Assembly (NCBI RefSeq): GCF_009931435.1
Contig: NZ_CP043414.1
Length of the DNA: 64,000 nt
Direction: 5' to 3' (one strand)
DNA from: Escherichia coli
GTDB taxonomy: Bacteria > Pseudomonadota > Gammaproteobacteria > Enterobacterales > Enterobacteriaceae
Shown: piece after piece, positions 45,412 to 57,406 of the stretch
Position numbering within the stretch: position 1 is the first letter of the stretch
How the letters are laid out: each line of letters starts with the position of its first letter
Notes under the pieces: model-generated
What the model saw: the letters and a program-made list of their open reading frames with translations, nothing else
Told to the model about the DNA's origin: nothing
The model's database searches: none
Translations under genes and position numbers: made by a program

Positions 45412-46115
45412 AGGTCGCTCACATCCTTAAGCGTTACCGGGCATTCAGGCTGGACAGTTAATGGCTGCCAGGGAAGCGTGGCATAGAAACGGTCGCTTCC
45501 CGCTGCCAGCTCTTCGAACATCCGACTCCCGGCGCTATCGTATTTGTACAGGGTTAGCGCCTCGCGTAGCGAAGCGTTGTCTTCGCACTGAGAAGATTGC
45601 CAGTAGAGACGCCCTAACGAATAGGCGGAAAAATAGTGCATCCAGCTGTGATAGTAATGGTGTGCTCGTATATAGACGCGCGATTGCAGCCATAAACTCT
45701 CGTCTTCCGTCAGCCACTTGTTGAGCACACCAACCCGTGATAAAAAACCCATCCGCACATAATCCCAGGCTTTGATTCCCCCTTCCCCACAACACATAGC
45801 GGTTTGGGCAACGAATTGGGTATAAATCAACCCTCTCTCCGAGCCGCCAGCAATTAATGCTTTCCACTCTTCAGGGGAAGAGCGATGCCATGTCAGATAT
45901 AAGCCAGCTAAATCATTGGCATGACCATCATCGGTCATCTGATAAATAGTCTGAATTAAATCATCACGATTATTTATTCCCCAGGATGATGAGAGATCGA
46001 ATTCTTTTATCCCGGTATACATTTTTGGCGAGTCATGCGCGGGCTTGCAACCCTGATTAAGTATTTCCATGGGCGTAGAAAGCGCAAAAAGAAGATATTG
46101 TTCTTCCTTATTCAT
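45408..46115 (-). CDS. ybeU: DUF1266-type protein YbeU (paralog of YbeR)
   Basis: ORF track 45408..46115, 235 aa; stop overlaps djlC start (ATGA). Confidence 0.85.
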   Translation of the reverse strand: MNKEEQYLLFALSTPMEILNQGCKPAHDSPKMYTGIKEFDLSSSWGINNRDDLIQTIYQMTDDGHANDLAGLYLTWHRSSPEEWKALIAGGSERGLIYTQFVAQTAMCCGEGGIKAWDYVRMGFLSRVGVLNKWLTEDESLWLQSRVYIRAHHYYHSWMHYFSAYSLGRLYWQSSQCEDNASLREALTLYKYDSAGSRMFEELAAGSDRFYATLPWQPLTVQPECPVTLKDVSDL

Positions 46116-46216
46116 TTGTTAATAATCCCTTAAGTGCATTAACTGACTACTTTTTTATTATTGATGAGTATAAACTTGACGCTTTCAAAATAAAAAGAAA
46201 ATCGAAGCATTCACAC

Positions 46217-46771
46217 ATGAATAAAAAATTAATGTATATATTCGCAATATTTATAGTTGCAGCAATAACCTGTATTAGCCAACCCAAGAAAACGACGTTG
46301 CGTGATAAAGCCATGGCGAATTATGCCTTTGATTATTTAAGCTCACCGGGCAGTCTTCCATTCACCACGGCAGCCACGGAGCTTTCCGCGATTCATGGTC
46401 ACTCAACGTCGCAATATCGCCTTGGAGAATTTTATCTTCATGGTAGCGACGGTAAACCACTGGATTATACACAGGCGAGATACTGGTATGAGCAATCAGC
46501 GGAACAGGAAAATCCACGCGCGCAAAGTAAACTGGGGTGGATCTACCTCAAAGGTCTGGGGGTCAAACCCGATACCCGTAAAGCAATTCTCTGGTATAAG
46601 GAAGCAGCTGAACAAGGGCATGTTCATGCACAATACACGTTGGGTTTGATCTACAGAAACGGCACGGGTATTAGCACCAACAATTATGAAGCTCGCAAAT
46701 GGTTAGAACTGGCGGCAGAGCAACATTATAAAAATGCGGAAAGATTACTTGCAGAGCTTCCCGCACATTAA
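46217..46771 (+). CDS. ybeT: Sel1-repeat (TPR-like) protein with N-terminal signal/anchor
   Basis: ORF track 46217..46771, 184 aa; hydrophobic N-terminus, repeated AQxxLGxxYxxGxGVxxD Sel1 units. Confidence 0.85.
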   Translation: MNKKLMYIFAIFIVAAITCISQPKKTTLRDKAMANYAFDYLSSPGSLPFTTAATELSAIHGHSTSQYRLGEFYLHGSDGKPLDYTQARYWYEQSAEQENPRAQSKLGWIYLKGLGVKPDTRKAILWYKEAAEQGHVHAQYTLGLIYRNGTGISTNNYEARKWLELAAEQHYKNAERLLAELPAH

Positions 46772-46780
46772 CGTCGACTT

Positions 46781-48208
46781 TCACCCGAACAGATGAAGTA
46801 TTTTCCCTATCAAACCAGCAAAGATAAAAATATAGAAAATAATTTTAATGATGCCCAGACAGCCCGGCCCACCATCGTCAACGGGCATTGGCTGCGGTTG
46901 CGGCTCCGGCTCGACGGTTTGTTGCCCGGCAAAATTCGCCGACTGAATTAATAATCGTCGAATTATTAATGCGTCCAGAGGACAACGATCTTCTGCATCA
47001 AGGCGGGCGACGATCGGCATCAATGATTCTTCTGTAGGTTGGCTGGTCTGCACTAATTGTTTAGCAACTAAATATAATGTCCATAAGGGATGCTGTGTAT
47101 CACGCGTGAGTGAGATTCGCGGCTTACGCCCTTTGTGCAAAACCATCTCAACCAGAGAACGCCCCAGCGCAGAGAGTTTCTCATCGCTGAGTATTTCGTA
47201 TAATTGAAAGCGCGTACGCGCACTGTCACCAGGAACATAAAGTAACGGTTTCCCCTGATCGTTAACCAGTTCACGTGCTTCAATCATCATCACGACTAAC
47301 GGGTAATAATCGACCCGATGCTGACGGCACCATTGCAACATTAAAGCATCCGCCTGGGTGGAGGGATACTCGCGCCAGTAGTCACAAAGTTCTGCCAGCA
47401 GGCTTTCGCCTTCTCCACAATAGACGCGTTGCGCGTATTCATAATAACGCGCATCTTCATTATCAGGTTCAGCTTCCCGCCACGACCGGGCGTAATCCAG
47501 AAGTTCGGGGATATCCAGACGGCTTGTGCTATACCAGCGGAGTAAATTTCTGTGCAAATTTGCATCATCGGGGATAATCACTGCGCGATGTTGCGCTAAA
47601 TACAATGTCAGCCATTCTGGATGCGATGACCAAATCCGCGCGAACATTTGGTAAAAATCAATGGTGTCATTTTGTACGGCAACGGGCAGATGCAGAATGG
47701 TCTGGAAGTTAAAAACATTCCCCTTCGCAATGGCATATAAAAAGGATTCCAGTTCTTCTTCGTCTATTTCCCCGACGTTTTCCTCCTGCAACCACCGCAA
47801 TCTTTCTGCTAATAACACCACGCACTCGAAGGATAAATGGGCAGTGTTCATGGCTATTGTGCACAGCGACCAGCGTAATTCATCAATATCTTCCATCGAG
47901 CAATAATTTAATTGCTGAATGAATCGCTGCCAGGCAGAGGGCAGAAAACGTTCGCTATCAGAGGCGAGTAACGCACGAAAGGCGAGCAGAATTTCATGTT
48001 CTGCAACTTCATGTTCTTCTGGTTGCCAAACAGATTTAGCAGGCGACTGCGCAATCCGTAGCGCCTCCTCATACGCCTGACGAAGTTGTTTAAAACCCTG
48101 CGGATCGGTTTCTGGATGAAAGGACGGTAACAGCGCCAGATAAGCGCGGCGGATAATATCGACGTCAGTTGTTTCCTCTATGTTGAGGATCTTCCAGCAA
48201 TTTTTCAT
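46781..48208 (-). CDS. djlB: tail-anchored J-domain protein (paralog of DjlC)
   Basis: ORF track 46781..48208, 475 aa; same N-terminal J-like segment (…[24 protein letters not shown]) and C-terminal anchor ([18 protein letters not shown]). Confidence 0.85.
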   Translation of the reverse strand: MKNCWKILNIEETTDVDIIRRAYLALLPSFHPETDPQGFKQLRQAYEEALRIAQSPAKSVWQPEEHEVAEHEILLAFRALLASDSERFLPSAWQRFIQQLNYCSMEDIDELRWSLCTIAMNTAHLSFECVVLLAERLRWLQEENVGEIDEEELESFLYAIAKGNVFNFQTILHLPVAVQNDTIDFYQMFARIWSSHPEWLTLYLAQHRAVIIPDDANLHRNLLRWYSTSRLDIPELLDYARSWREAEPDNEDARYYEYAQRVYCGEGESLLAELCDYWREYPSTQADALMLQWCRQHRVDYYPLVVMMIEARELVNDQGKPLLYVPGDSARTRFQLYEILSDEKLSALGRSLVEMVLHKGRKPRISLTRDTQHPLWTLYLVAKQLVQTSQPTEESLMPIVARLDAEDRCPLDALIIRRLLIQSANFAGQQTVEPEPQPQPMPVDDGGPGCLGIIKIIFYIFIFAGLIGKILHLFG

Positions 48209-48912
48209 AGATCGCTCATATCCTTAAGCGTTTCCGGGCATGCAGAATAGTAAGCCAATGGTTGCCAGGACAAGGTAGGGTAATACGCATCATCACTGGC
48301 AAATAATTGATAAAACATATCATTGCCGGAATCGTCGTATTCTTTACGCGCTAAAAATTCACGTAATAACTGAAGATTATCATCTTCGGGAGACTGCCAA
48401 TATTGCCGACCAAAGGTATAACCGGCAAAGTATTGCTGCCAGTTACTATAATAACGTAGCGCCCGTAGATGAATGCGCGACTGGATCCATAGACTTTCTT
48501 CTTCGCTCAACCAGTTATTAAGTACGCCCATTCGGCTTAAAAAACCCATCCGGACATAATCCCAGGCTTTGATTCCCCCTTCGCCACAGCATTCGGCGGT
48601 GCTGGCGACAAATTGCGCATAAGCCTGACCTTGCTCATTTAGTTCAGCAAGATAATCACGCCATTCACATGGAGAATAACGAAACCAGCGGTGATAAAAC
48701 CCTGCCAACCGCGCAGCATGACCGTTATCCATCATTCGGTGAATTGTACGCAGCAGGTCATCACGGTCATCAATTCCCCATGAGGAAGAAAGGTCAAAAA
48801 AGCATGTACCTAAATACATTTTGGGGGATGAATGCGAAGGTAAACAGCATTCATTGCGTATTTCCATCGGAGTGGAAAGTGCAAACAATATTTTTTGCGA
48901 CTCCATGTCCAT
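48205..48912 (-). CDS. ybeR: DUF1266-type protein YbeR (paralog of YbeU)
   Basis: ORF track 48205..48912, 235 aa; stop overlaps djlB start. Confidence 0.85.
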   Translation of the reverse strand: MDMESQKILFALSTPMEIRNECCLPSHSSPKMYLGTCFFDLSSSWGIDDRDDLLRTIHRMMDNGHAARLAGFYHRWFRYSPCEWRDYLAELNEQGQAYAQFVASTAECCGEGGIKAWDYVRMGFLSRMGVLNNWLSEEESLWIQSRIHLRALRYYSNWQQYFAGYTFGRQYWQSPEDDNLQLLREFLARKEYDDSGNDMFYQLFASDDAYYPTLSWQPLAYYSACPETLKDMSDL

Positions 48913-49075
48913 ATAATTTATCCTTAAACATTCATTTAATGAATGTAAACTACATTGCGAGACTCATTTATTTATACTTTTCTGACGCAACATAATACGC
49001 ATAAAATAAGGCTTACGCAAAAATGGAATACATAAAAATATAATATGTTTTATCTACAACCATAAGGAAATGATA

Positions 49076-50053
49076 ATGATTTTTACGTCAAGTTGCTGCG
49101 ATAACTTATCAATAGATGAGATTATCGAACGTGCTGAAAAAGGCGATTGCGAGGCTCAATATATTGTTGGGTTTTATTATAATCGCGATAGCGCAATTGA
49201 CTCTCCGGATGACGAAAAGGCCTTTTACTGGCTGAAGCTGGCCGCTGAGCAAGGTCATTGTGAAGCACAATATTCCTTAGGGCAAAAGTATACCGAGGAT
49301 AAAAGCCGTCATAAAGATAATGGGCAAGCCATCTTTTGGCTGAAAAAAGCTGCCCTACAAGGCCATACTTTCGCTTCCAACGCCCTTGGCTGGATACTGG
49401 ATCGTGGAGAAGACCCCAACTATAAAGAAGCGGTTGTCTGGTATCAGATAGCCGCGGAGAGCGGAATGTCTTATGCGCAAAATAATCTTGGGTGGATGTA
49501 CAGAAATGGCAACGGAGTCGCACAAGACTATGCGCTGGCATTTTTCTGGTACAAACAAGCTGCATTGCAAGGCCATAGTTACGCACAAGACAATCTGGCC
49601 GATCTTTATGAAGACGGTAAAGGTGTTGCCCAAAACAAAGCTCTTGCCGCATTCTGGTATTTGAAAAGCGCACAGCAAGGTAATCGGCACGCTCAATTTC
49701 AAATTGCGTGGGATTATAACGCTGGCGAAGGGGTTGACCAGGACTATAAGCAAGCAATGTACTGGTATCTGAAGGCTGCCGCTCAGGAAAGCGTCGGCGC
49801 TTACGTTAACATCGGCTATATGTATAAACACGGTCAAGGCGTTGAGAAGGATTATCAGGCCGCCTTTGAATGGTTTACGAAAGCCGCTGAATGCGATAAT
49901 GCCACTGCCTGGTATAACCTTGCCATTATGTATCATTACGGAGAAGGAAGACCTGTCGATCTCCGACAGGCTCTCGATCTGTATCGTAAAGCTCAGTCAT
50001 CCGGTACCAGGGATGTCAGTCAAAAAATCCGTGAGATTGAAGATTTACTGTAG
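49076..50053 (+). CDS. ybeQ: Sel1-repeat protein YbeQ
   Basis: ORF track 49070..50053; start placed at second ATG 49076 (aagga 7 nt upstream), 325 aa; ~8 tandem Sel1 repeats. Confidence 0.85.
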   Translation: MIFTSSCCDNLSIDEIIERAEKGDCEAQYIVGFYYNRDSAIDSPDDEKAFYWLKLAAEQGHCEAQYSLGQKYTEDKSRHKDNGQAIFWLKKAALQGHTFASNALGWILDRGEDPNYKEAVVWYQIAAESGMSYAQNNLGWMYRNGNGVAQDYALAFFWYKQAALQGHSYAQDNLADLYEDGKGVAQNKALAAFWYLKSAQQGNRHAQFQIAWDYNAGEGVDQDYKQAMYWYLKAAAQESVGAYVNIGYMYKHGQGVEKDYQAAFEWFTKAAECDNATAWYNLAIMYHYGEGRPVDLRQALDLYRKAQSSGTRDVSQKIREIEDLL

Positions 50054-50122
50054 AGATAAAAACAAGGGCCGGGGAATTTTATTCGGCCCATATTCTCTTT
50101 ATTGCTGTTTGAAATCGGACCA

Positions 50123-50605
50123 TTAAGGCTCGAACGGGCGTCTCTGGAACTGATCATGACCACATTTCGGGCATAGCGTCAGCACTTCCGGTGTGTAGAT
50201 TGGGAGATGGAAATGACATTTCTCGCAGACCAGATTTCCCAGCCCTACCACTTCTCCGCTGTGATAAACCCCGTGATGATTGAGGTCCTGGAAAACTTCG
50301 CGCCATTCAAGCTGCGTTTTATCGGTGATGTCTGCCAGTTCCTGCCACAAGCTTTCTTTAATCACCCTCATAAAGACGCTGTCAGACTCTTCTTTCAGGC
50401 TCTCTTCATAGCTCATGGCGAACTCTTCCAGGTCACGTCTGACAGCTCGCGTCAGCTCATCGACCTCGGTTCGCGTTAACTCCCCTGTTTTTATTACGCG
50501 CTCGCGCGCCTGTTCCACCAGTGCGTCGATATCACGTTCGCCATTACGCAGGCGTTCGCTCAGTGACGCGACCAGTTCACGGTAATATTGAGCAACCTTG
50601 TTCAT
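50123..50605 (-). CDS. ybeL: zinc-ribbon protein YbeL (DUF1451)
   Basis: ORF track 50123..50605, 160 aa; C-terminal CEKC...CPKC zinc ribbon. Confidence 0.88.
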   Translation of the reverse strand: MNKVAQYYRELVASLSERLRNGERDIDALVEQARERVIKTGELTRTEVDELTRAVRRDLEEFAMSYEESLKEESDSVFMRVIKESLWQELADITDKTQLEWREVFQDLNHHGVYHSGEVVGLGNLVCEKCHFHLPIYTPEVLTLCPKCGHDQFQRRPFEP

Positions 50606-50840
50606 CGTTTCATCTCCCGGGTCGTTAACTGACTATAATAATAGACGTTCTTTGTTCCTTGCTTTGCTATTACGCCCACAAACTCTGTAAATTAATGTAT
50701 GAATAATCCGGGCATCATTTCAACGTCGAGTGCGCGAAAGGCTGTTTTGACGCGGACGTTTGGGCTATGCTATGCGGATCTGAAAAACCACCTCTAACGC
50801 TACTTTTGTAGCCGTATTGAAAACAGGACCACTGGCTGCC

Positions 50841-53423
50841 ATGCAAGAGCAATACCGCCCGGAAGAGATAGAATCCAAAGTACAGCTTCATTGGGATGAG
50901 AAGCGCACATTTGAAGTAACAGAAGACGAGAGCAAAGAGAAGTATTACTGCCTGTCTATGCTTCCCTATCCTTCTGGTCGACTACACATGGGCCACGTAC
51001 GTAACTACACCATCGGTGACGTGATCGCCCGTTACCAGCGCATGCTGGGCAAAAACGTTCTGCAGCCGATCGGCTGGGACGCGTTTGGTCTGCCTGCGGA
51101 AGGCGCAGCGGTGAAAAATAACACCGCGCCAGCACCGTGGACGTACGACAACATCGCGTACATGAAAAACCAGCTCAAAATGCTGGGCTTTGGTTATGAC
51201 TGGAGCCGCGAGCTGGCAACCTGTACGCCGGAATACTACCGTTGGGAACAGAAATTCTTCACCGAGCTGTATAAAAAAGGCCTGGTATATAAGAAGACTT
51301 CTGCGGTCAACTGGTGCCCGAACGACCAGACCGTACTGGCGAACGAACAGGTTATCGACGGCTGCTGCTGGCGCTGCGATACCAAAGTTGAGCGTAAAGA
51401 GATCCCGCAATGGTTTATCAAAATCACCGCTTACGCTGACGAGCTGCTCAACGATCTGGATAAACTGGATCACTGGCCAGACACCGTTAAAACCATGCAG
51501 CGTAACTGGATTGGTCGTTCCGAAGGCGTAGAAATCACTTTCAACGTTAACGACTATGACAACACGCTGACCGTTTACACTACCCGCCCGGACACCTTTA
51601 TGGGTTGTACCTACCTGGCGGTAGCGGCAGGTCATCCGCTGGCACAGAAAGCGGCGGAAAATAATCCTGAACTGGCCGCCTTTATTGACGAATGCCGTAA
51701 CACCAAAGTTGCCGAAGCTGAAATGGCGACGATGGAGAAAAAAGGCGTCGATACTGGCTTTAAAGCGGTTCACCCATTAACGGGCGAAGAAATTCCCGTT
51801 TGGGCAGCAAACTTCGTATTGATGGAATACGGCACCGGCGCAGTTATGGCGGTTCCGGGTCACGACCAGCGCGACTACGAGTTTGCCTCTAAATACGGCC
51901 TGAATATCAAGCCGGTTATCCTGGCAGCTGACGGCTCTGAGCCAGATCTTTCTCAGCAAGCCCTGACCGAAAAAGGCGTGCTGTTCAACTCTGGCGAGTT
52001 CAACGGCCTTGATCATGAAGCAGCCTTCAACGCCATCGCCGATAAACTGACTGCGATGGGTGTTGGCGAGCGTAAAGTGAACTACCGCCTGCGCGACTGG
52101 GGTGTTTCCCGTCAACGTTACTGGGGCGCGCCGATTCCGATGGTGACACTGGAAGACGGTACTGTAATGCCGACCCCGGACGACCAGCTGCCGGTGATCC
52201 TGCCGGAAGATGTGGTGATGGACGGCATTACCAGCCCGATAAAAGCTGATCCTGAGTGGGCGAAAACCACCGTTAACGGTATGCCAGCGCTGCGTGAAAC
52301 CGACACTTTCGACACCTTTATGGAGTCCTCCTGGTACTATGCGCGCTACACTTGCCCTGAGTACAAAGAAGGTATGCTGGATTCCGAAGCGGCCAACTAC
52401 TGGCTGCCGGTGGATATCTACATTGGTGGTATCGAACACGCCATTATGCACCTGCTCTACTTCCGCTTCTTCCATAAACTGATGCGTGATGCAGGCATGG
52501 TGAACTCTGACGAACCAGCAAAACAGTTGCTGTGTCAGGGTATGGTGCTGGCGGATGCCTTCTACTATGTTGGCGAAAACGGCGAGCGTAACTGGGTTTC
52601 CCCAGTTGATGCTATCGTTGAACGTGACGAGAAAGGCCGTATCGTGAAAGCGAAAGACGCGGCAGGCCATGAACTGGTTTATACCGGCATGAGCAAAATG
52701 TCCAAGTCGAAGAACAACGGTATCGACCCACAGGTGATGGTTGAACGTTACGGCGCGGACACCGTTCGTCTGTTTATGATGTTTGCTTCTCCGGCGGATA
52801 TGACTCTCGAATGGCAGGAGTCTGGCGTGGAAGGGGCTAACCGCTTCCTGAAACGTGTCTGGAAACTGGTTTACGAGCACACTGCAAAAGGTGATGTTGC
52901 AGCACTGAATGTCGACGCGTTGACTGAAGATCAGAAAGCACTGCGTCGCGATGTGCATAAAACTATCGCTAAAGTGACCGATGATATCGGCCGTCGTCAG
53001 ACCTTCAACACCGCGATTGCGGCAATTATGGAGCTGATGAACAAACTGGCGAAAGCACCGACCGATGGCGAGCAGGATCGCGCCCTGATGCAGGAAGCGC
53101 TGCTGGCGGTAGTCCGTATGCTTAACCCGTTCACCCCGCACATCTGCTTCACGCTGTGGCAGGAACTGAAAGGCGAAGGCGATATCGACAACGCGCCGTG
53201 GCCGGTTGCTGACGAAAAAGCGATGGTGGAAGACTCCACGCTGGTGGTGGTGCAGGTTAACGGTAAAGTCCGTGCCAAAATCACTGTTCCGGTGGACGCA
53301 ACGGAAGAACAGGTTCGCGAACGTGCTGGCCAGGAACATCTGGTAGCAAAATATCTCGATGGCGTTACTGTGCGTAAAGTGATTTACGTACCAGGTAAAC
53401 TCCTCAATCTGGTCGTTGGCTAA
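50841..53423 (+). CDS. leuS: leucyl-tRNA synthetase
   Basis: ORF track 50817..53423; start placed at ATG 50841 ([11 protein letters not shown]...), 860 aa; class I HMGH and KMSKS motifs. Confidence 0.97.
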
Positions 53424-53437
53424 GCGCGGGAGGAAGC

Positions 53438-54019
53438 GTGCGATATCTGGCAACATTGTTGTTATCTCTGGCGGTGTTAATCACCGCCGGGTGTGGCTGG
53501 CATCTGCGTGATACTACGCAGGTTCCTTCCACTATGAAGGTCATGATCCTGGACTCTGGCGACCCGAACGGGCCGTTAAGTCGTGCGGTGCGTAACCAGT
53601 TACGTCTGAACGGTGTCGAGTTGCTTGATAAAGAAACCACCCGTAAGGACGTTCCATCCCTGCGTTTGGGTAAAGTGAGCATCGCGAAAGATACCGCATC
53701 GGTATTCCGTAACGGTCAAACAGCAGAGTATCAGATGATCATGACGGTTAATGCGACCGTGTTGATCCCCGGCCGTGACATCTACCCGATTAGCGCCAAA
53801 GTCTTCCGTTCGTTCTTCGATAACCCGCAAATGGCGTTAGCGAAAGATAACGAACAAGACATGATCGTAAAAGAGATGTACGACCGTGCTGCCGAACAGC
53901 TGATTCGTAAGCTGCCAAGCATCCGTGCTGCGGATATTCGTTCCGACGAAGAACAGACGTCGACCACAACGGATACTCCGGCAACGCCTGCACGCGTCTC
54001 TACCACGCTGGGTAACTGA
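53438..54019 (+). CDS. lptE: LPS-assembly lipoprotein LptE
   Basis: ORF track 53438..54019, 193 aa; lipobox ITAGC. Confidence 0.94.
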
Positions 54020-55050
54020 TGATTCGGTTGTACCCGGAACAACTTCGCGCGCAGCTCAATGAAGGGCTGCGCGCGGCGTATCTTTTACTTGGTAACGATC
54101 CTCTGTTATTGCAGGAAAGCCAGGACGCTATTCGTCAGGTCGCTGCGGCACAAGGATTCGAAGAACACCACACTTTTTCCATTGATCCCAACACTGACTG
54201 GAATGCGGTCTTTTCGTTATGCCAGGCCATGAGTCTGTTTGCCAGTCGACAAACGCTATTGCTGTTGTTACCAGAAAACGGACCGAATGCGGCGATCAAT
54301 GAACAACTTCTCACACTCACTGGACTTCTGCATGACGACCTGCTGTTGATCGTCCGCGGTAATAAATTAAGCAAAGCGCAAGAAAATGCCGCCTGGTTTA
54401 CTGCTCTTGCAAATCGAAGCGTGCAGGTGACCTGTCAAACACCGGAGCAGGCTCAGCTTCCTCGCTGGGTTGCTGCGCGTGCAAAACAGCTCAACTTAGA
54501 ACTGGATGACGCCGCAAATCAGGTGCTCTGCTACTGTTATGAAGGTAACCTGCTGGCGCTGGCCCAGGCACTGGAGCGTTTATCGCTACTCTGGCCAGAC
54601 GGCAAACTGACATTACCTCGCGTTGAACAGGCGGTGAATGATGCCGCGCATTTCACCCCTTTTCATTGGGTTGATGCTTTGTTGATGGGAAAAAGTAAGC
54701 GCGCGTTGCATATTCTTCAGCAACTGCGTCTGGAAGGCAGCGAACCGGTTATTTTGTTGCGCACATTACAACGTGAACTGTTGTTACTGGTTAACCTGAA
54801 ACGCCAGTCTGCCCATACGCCACTGCGTGCGTTGTTTGATAAGCATCGGGTATGGCAGAACCGCCGGGGCATGATGAGTGAGGCGTTAAATCGCTTAAGC
54901 CAGCCGCAGTTACGTCAGGCCGTGCAACTCCTGACACGAACGGAACTCACCCTCAAACAAGATTACGGTCAGTCAGTGTGGGCAGAGCTGGAAGGGTTAT
55001 CTCTTCTGTTGTGCCATAAACCGCTGGCGGACGTATTTATCGACGGTTGA
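54019..55050 (+). CDS. holA: DNA polymerase III delta subunit
   Basis: ORF track 54019..55050, 343 aa; 1-nt overlap with lptE stop. Confidence 0.94.
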   Translation: MIRLYPEQLRAQLNEGLRAAYLLLGNDPLLLQESQDAIRQVAAAQGFEEHHTFSIDPNTDWNAVFSLCQAMSLFASRQTLLLLLPENGPNAAINEQLLTLTGLLHDDLLLIVRGNKLSKAQENAAWFTALANRSVQVTCQTPEQAQLPRWVAARAKQLNLELDDAANQVLCYCYEGNLLALAQALERLSLLWPDGKLTLPRVEQAVNDAAHFTPFHWVDALLMGKSKRALHILQQLRLEGSEPVILLRTLQRELLLLVNLKRQSAHTPLRALFDKHRVWQNRRGMMSEALNRLSQPQLRQAVQLLTRTELTLKQDYGQSVWAELEGLSLLLCHKPLADVFIDG

Positions 55051-55051
55051 T

Positions 55052-55693
55052 ATGAAATCTTTACAGGCTCTGTTTGGTGGCACCTTTGATCCGGTGCACT
55101 ATGGTCATCTTAAGCCCGTGGAAACGCTGGCGAACTTGATTGGTCTGACGCGAGTCACCATCATCCCTAATAATGTTCCTCCGCATCGTCCCCAGCCGGA
55201 AGCAACCAGTGTGCAGCGTAAACACATGCTTGAACTGGCGATTGCCGACAAGCCACTGTTTACCCTTGATGAACGCGAGCTAAAGCGCAATGCTCCCTCT
55301 TACACTGCACAAACACTGAAAGAATGGCGGCAGGAACAAGGGCCAGATGTGCCGCTGGCATTTATTATTGGCCAGGATTCACTGCTCACCTTTCCAACCT
55401 GGTACGAATACGAAACGATACTCGACAATGCACATTTGATCGTCTGTCGGCGTCCCGGTTACCCACTAGAAATGGCGCAACCGCAATACCAGCAATGGCT
55501 GGAAGATCATTTGACACATAACCCGGAAGATCTCCATCTTCAGCCTGCCGGTAAAATTTATCTGGCTGAAACGCCATGGTTTAACATCTCGGCGACCATC
55601 ATCCGCGAACGGTTGCAAAACGGTGAATCGTGTGAGGATTTATTGCCGGAACCGGTACTGACTTACATAAACCAACAAGGCTTGTATCGCTGA
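55052..55693 (+). CDS. nadD: nicotinate-nucleotide adenylyltransferase
   Basis: ORF track 55052..55693, 213 aa; [11 protein letters not shown] nucleotidyltransferase motif. Confidence 0.95.
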   Translation: MKSLQALFGGTFDPVHYGHLKPVETLANLIGLTRVTIIPNNVPPHRPQPEATSVQRKHMLELAIADKPLFTLDERELKRNAPSYTAQTLKEWRQEQGPDVPLAFIIGQDSLLTFPTWYEYETILDNAHLIVCRRPGYPLEMAQPQYQQWLEDHLTHNPEDLHLQPAGKIYLAETPWFNISATIIRERLQNGESCEDLLPEPVLTYINQQGLYR

Positions 55694-55716
55694 TACCTGT
55701 CGTTACGGAGGGCATG

Positions 55717-56328
55717 ATGCGACTGTGGTTAATTCGTCATGGCGAAACGCAAGCGAATGTCGATGGTCTGTACAGCGGTCATGCTCCCACACCCCTGACT
55801 GCGCGCGGTATTGAGCAAGCGCAAAATCTGCATACGCTGCTACATGGTGTTTCCTTTGATCTGGTTTTATGCAGTAAACTGGAACGGGCACAGCATACCG
55901 CGCGACTGGTTCTCAGTGATCGCCTGCTCCCCGTGCAAATCATCCCTGAACTCAACGAAATGTTTTTTGGCGACTGGGAGATGCGACATCATCGCGACCT
56001 CATGCAAGAAGATGCCGAAAACTATAGCGCGTGGTGCAATGACTGGCATCATTCTATCCCCACGAACGGTGAAGGATTTCAGGCATTTTCGCAACGTGTG
56101 GAACGCTTTATCACAAGGCTTAGTCAATATCAGCACTATCAGAATATTTTAGTCGTCAGCCATCAGGGCGTACTGAGTCTGTTAATTGCTCGTTTAATTG
56201 GCATGCCTGCCGAGTCTATGTGGCATTTCCGCGTTGACCAGGGGTGTTGGAGCGCCATTGATATCAACCAAAAATTCGCGACGCTACGCGTCCTCAATAG
56301 CCGTGCCATCGGGGTCGAGAATGCATGA
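55717..56328 (+). CDS. cobC: histidine-phosphatase family alpha-ribazole phosphatase
   Basis: ORF track 55714..56328; second ATG 55717 preferred (ggaggg spacing), 203 aa; RHGE catalytic motif (LIRHGETQ). Confidence 0.9.
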   Translation: MRLWLIRHGETQANVDGLYSGHAPTPLTARGIEQAQNLHTLLHGVSFDLVLCSKLERAQHTARLVLSDRLLPVQIIPELNEMFFGDWEMRHHRDLMQEDAENYSAWCNDWHHSIPTNGEGFQAFSQRVERFITRLSQYQHYQNILVVSHQGVLSLLIARLIGMPAESMWHFRVDQGCWSAIDINQKFATLRVLNSRAIGVENA

Positions 56329-56569
56329 CTTTGCTGTTTTTTTACGGGTAAGCCGCAACGACCATTGACAGCCCCGGGCAGGCTGATATTCTCCGCAGCC
56401 AGACTTTTTCCGCCAGACACGACTTTGTAGAAATTGTTTTACAAAAATGGCGATGCAATCTGCGGCGCGGGGTGGGATGATAGCCCACTTTCGAAAGCCG
56501 ATTCGGCGACAATTGTCCCGAAATCGCCTCTGGTTCAGGTATACTGACAGACCATTTTTATCTATTTGA

Positions 56570-56905
<336 letters not shown>

Positions 56906-56908
56906 TGC

Positions 56909-57376
56909 GTGAAGCTGCAACTTGTCGCCGTGGGAACGAAAATGCCGGACTGGGTACAAACCGGTTTTACCGAGTACCTGCGTCGTTTTCCGAAAGATAT
57001 GCCCTTCGAGCTGATTGAAATTCCGGCCGGAAAACGCGGCAAGAATGCGGACATCAAGCGCATACTCGACAAAGAGGGTGAGCAGATGCTGGCAGCCGCA
57101 GGCAAAAACCGCATTGTTACCCTCGATATTCCAGGCAAGCCCTGGGATACGCCGCAGTTAGCCGCTGAGCTGGAACGCTGGAAACTGGATGGTCGCGACG
57201 TCAGTCTGCTGATTGGCGGGCCTGAAGGGTTGTCGCCTGCCTGCAAAGCGGCGGCGGAACAAAGCTGGTCGCTGTCGGCGCTTACCCTTCCCCATCCGCT
57301 GGTTCGCGTGCTGGTCGCAGAGAGTCTGTACCGGGCGTGGAGCATCACCACCAACCATCCTTATCACCGTGAGTGA
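56909..57376 (+). CDS. rlmH: 23S rRNA m3Psi1915 methyltransferase RlmH
   Basis: ORF track 56909..57376, 155 aa; GTG start 3 nt after rsfS stop. Confidence 0.92.
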
Positions 57377-57406
57377 TAAGGGAGCTTTGAGTAGAAAACG
57401 CAGCGG

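Noticed and set aside
51777-53456. 559-aa minus-strand ORF antisense to leuS
   Set aside because: Shadow frame of leuS; no start context, Arg/His-rich composition.
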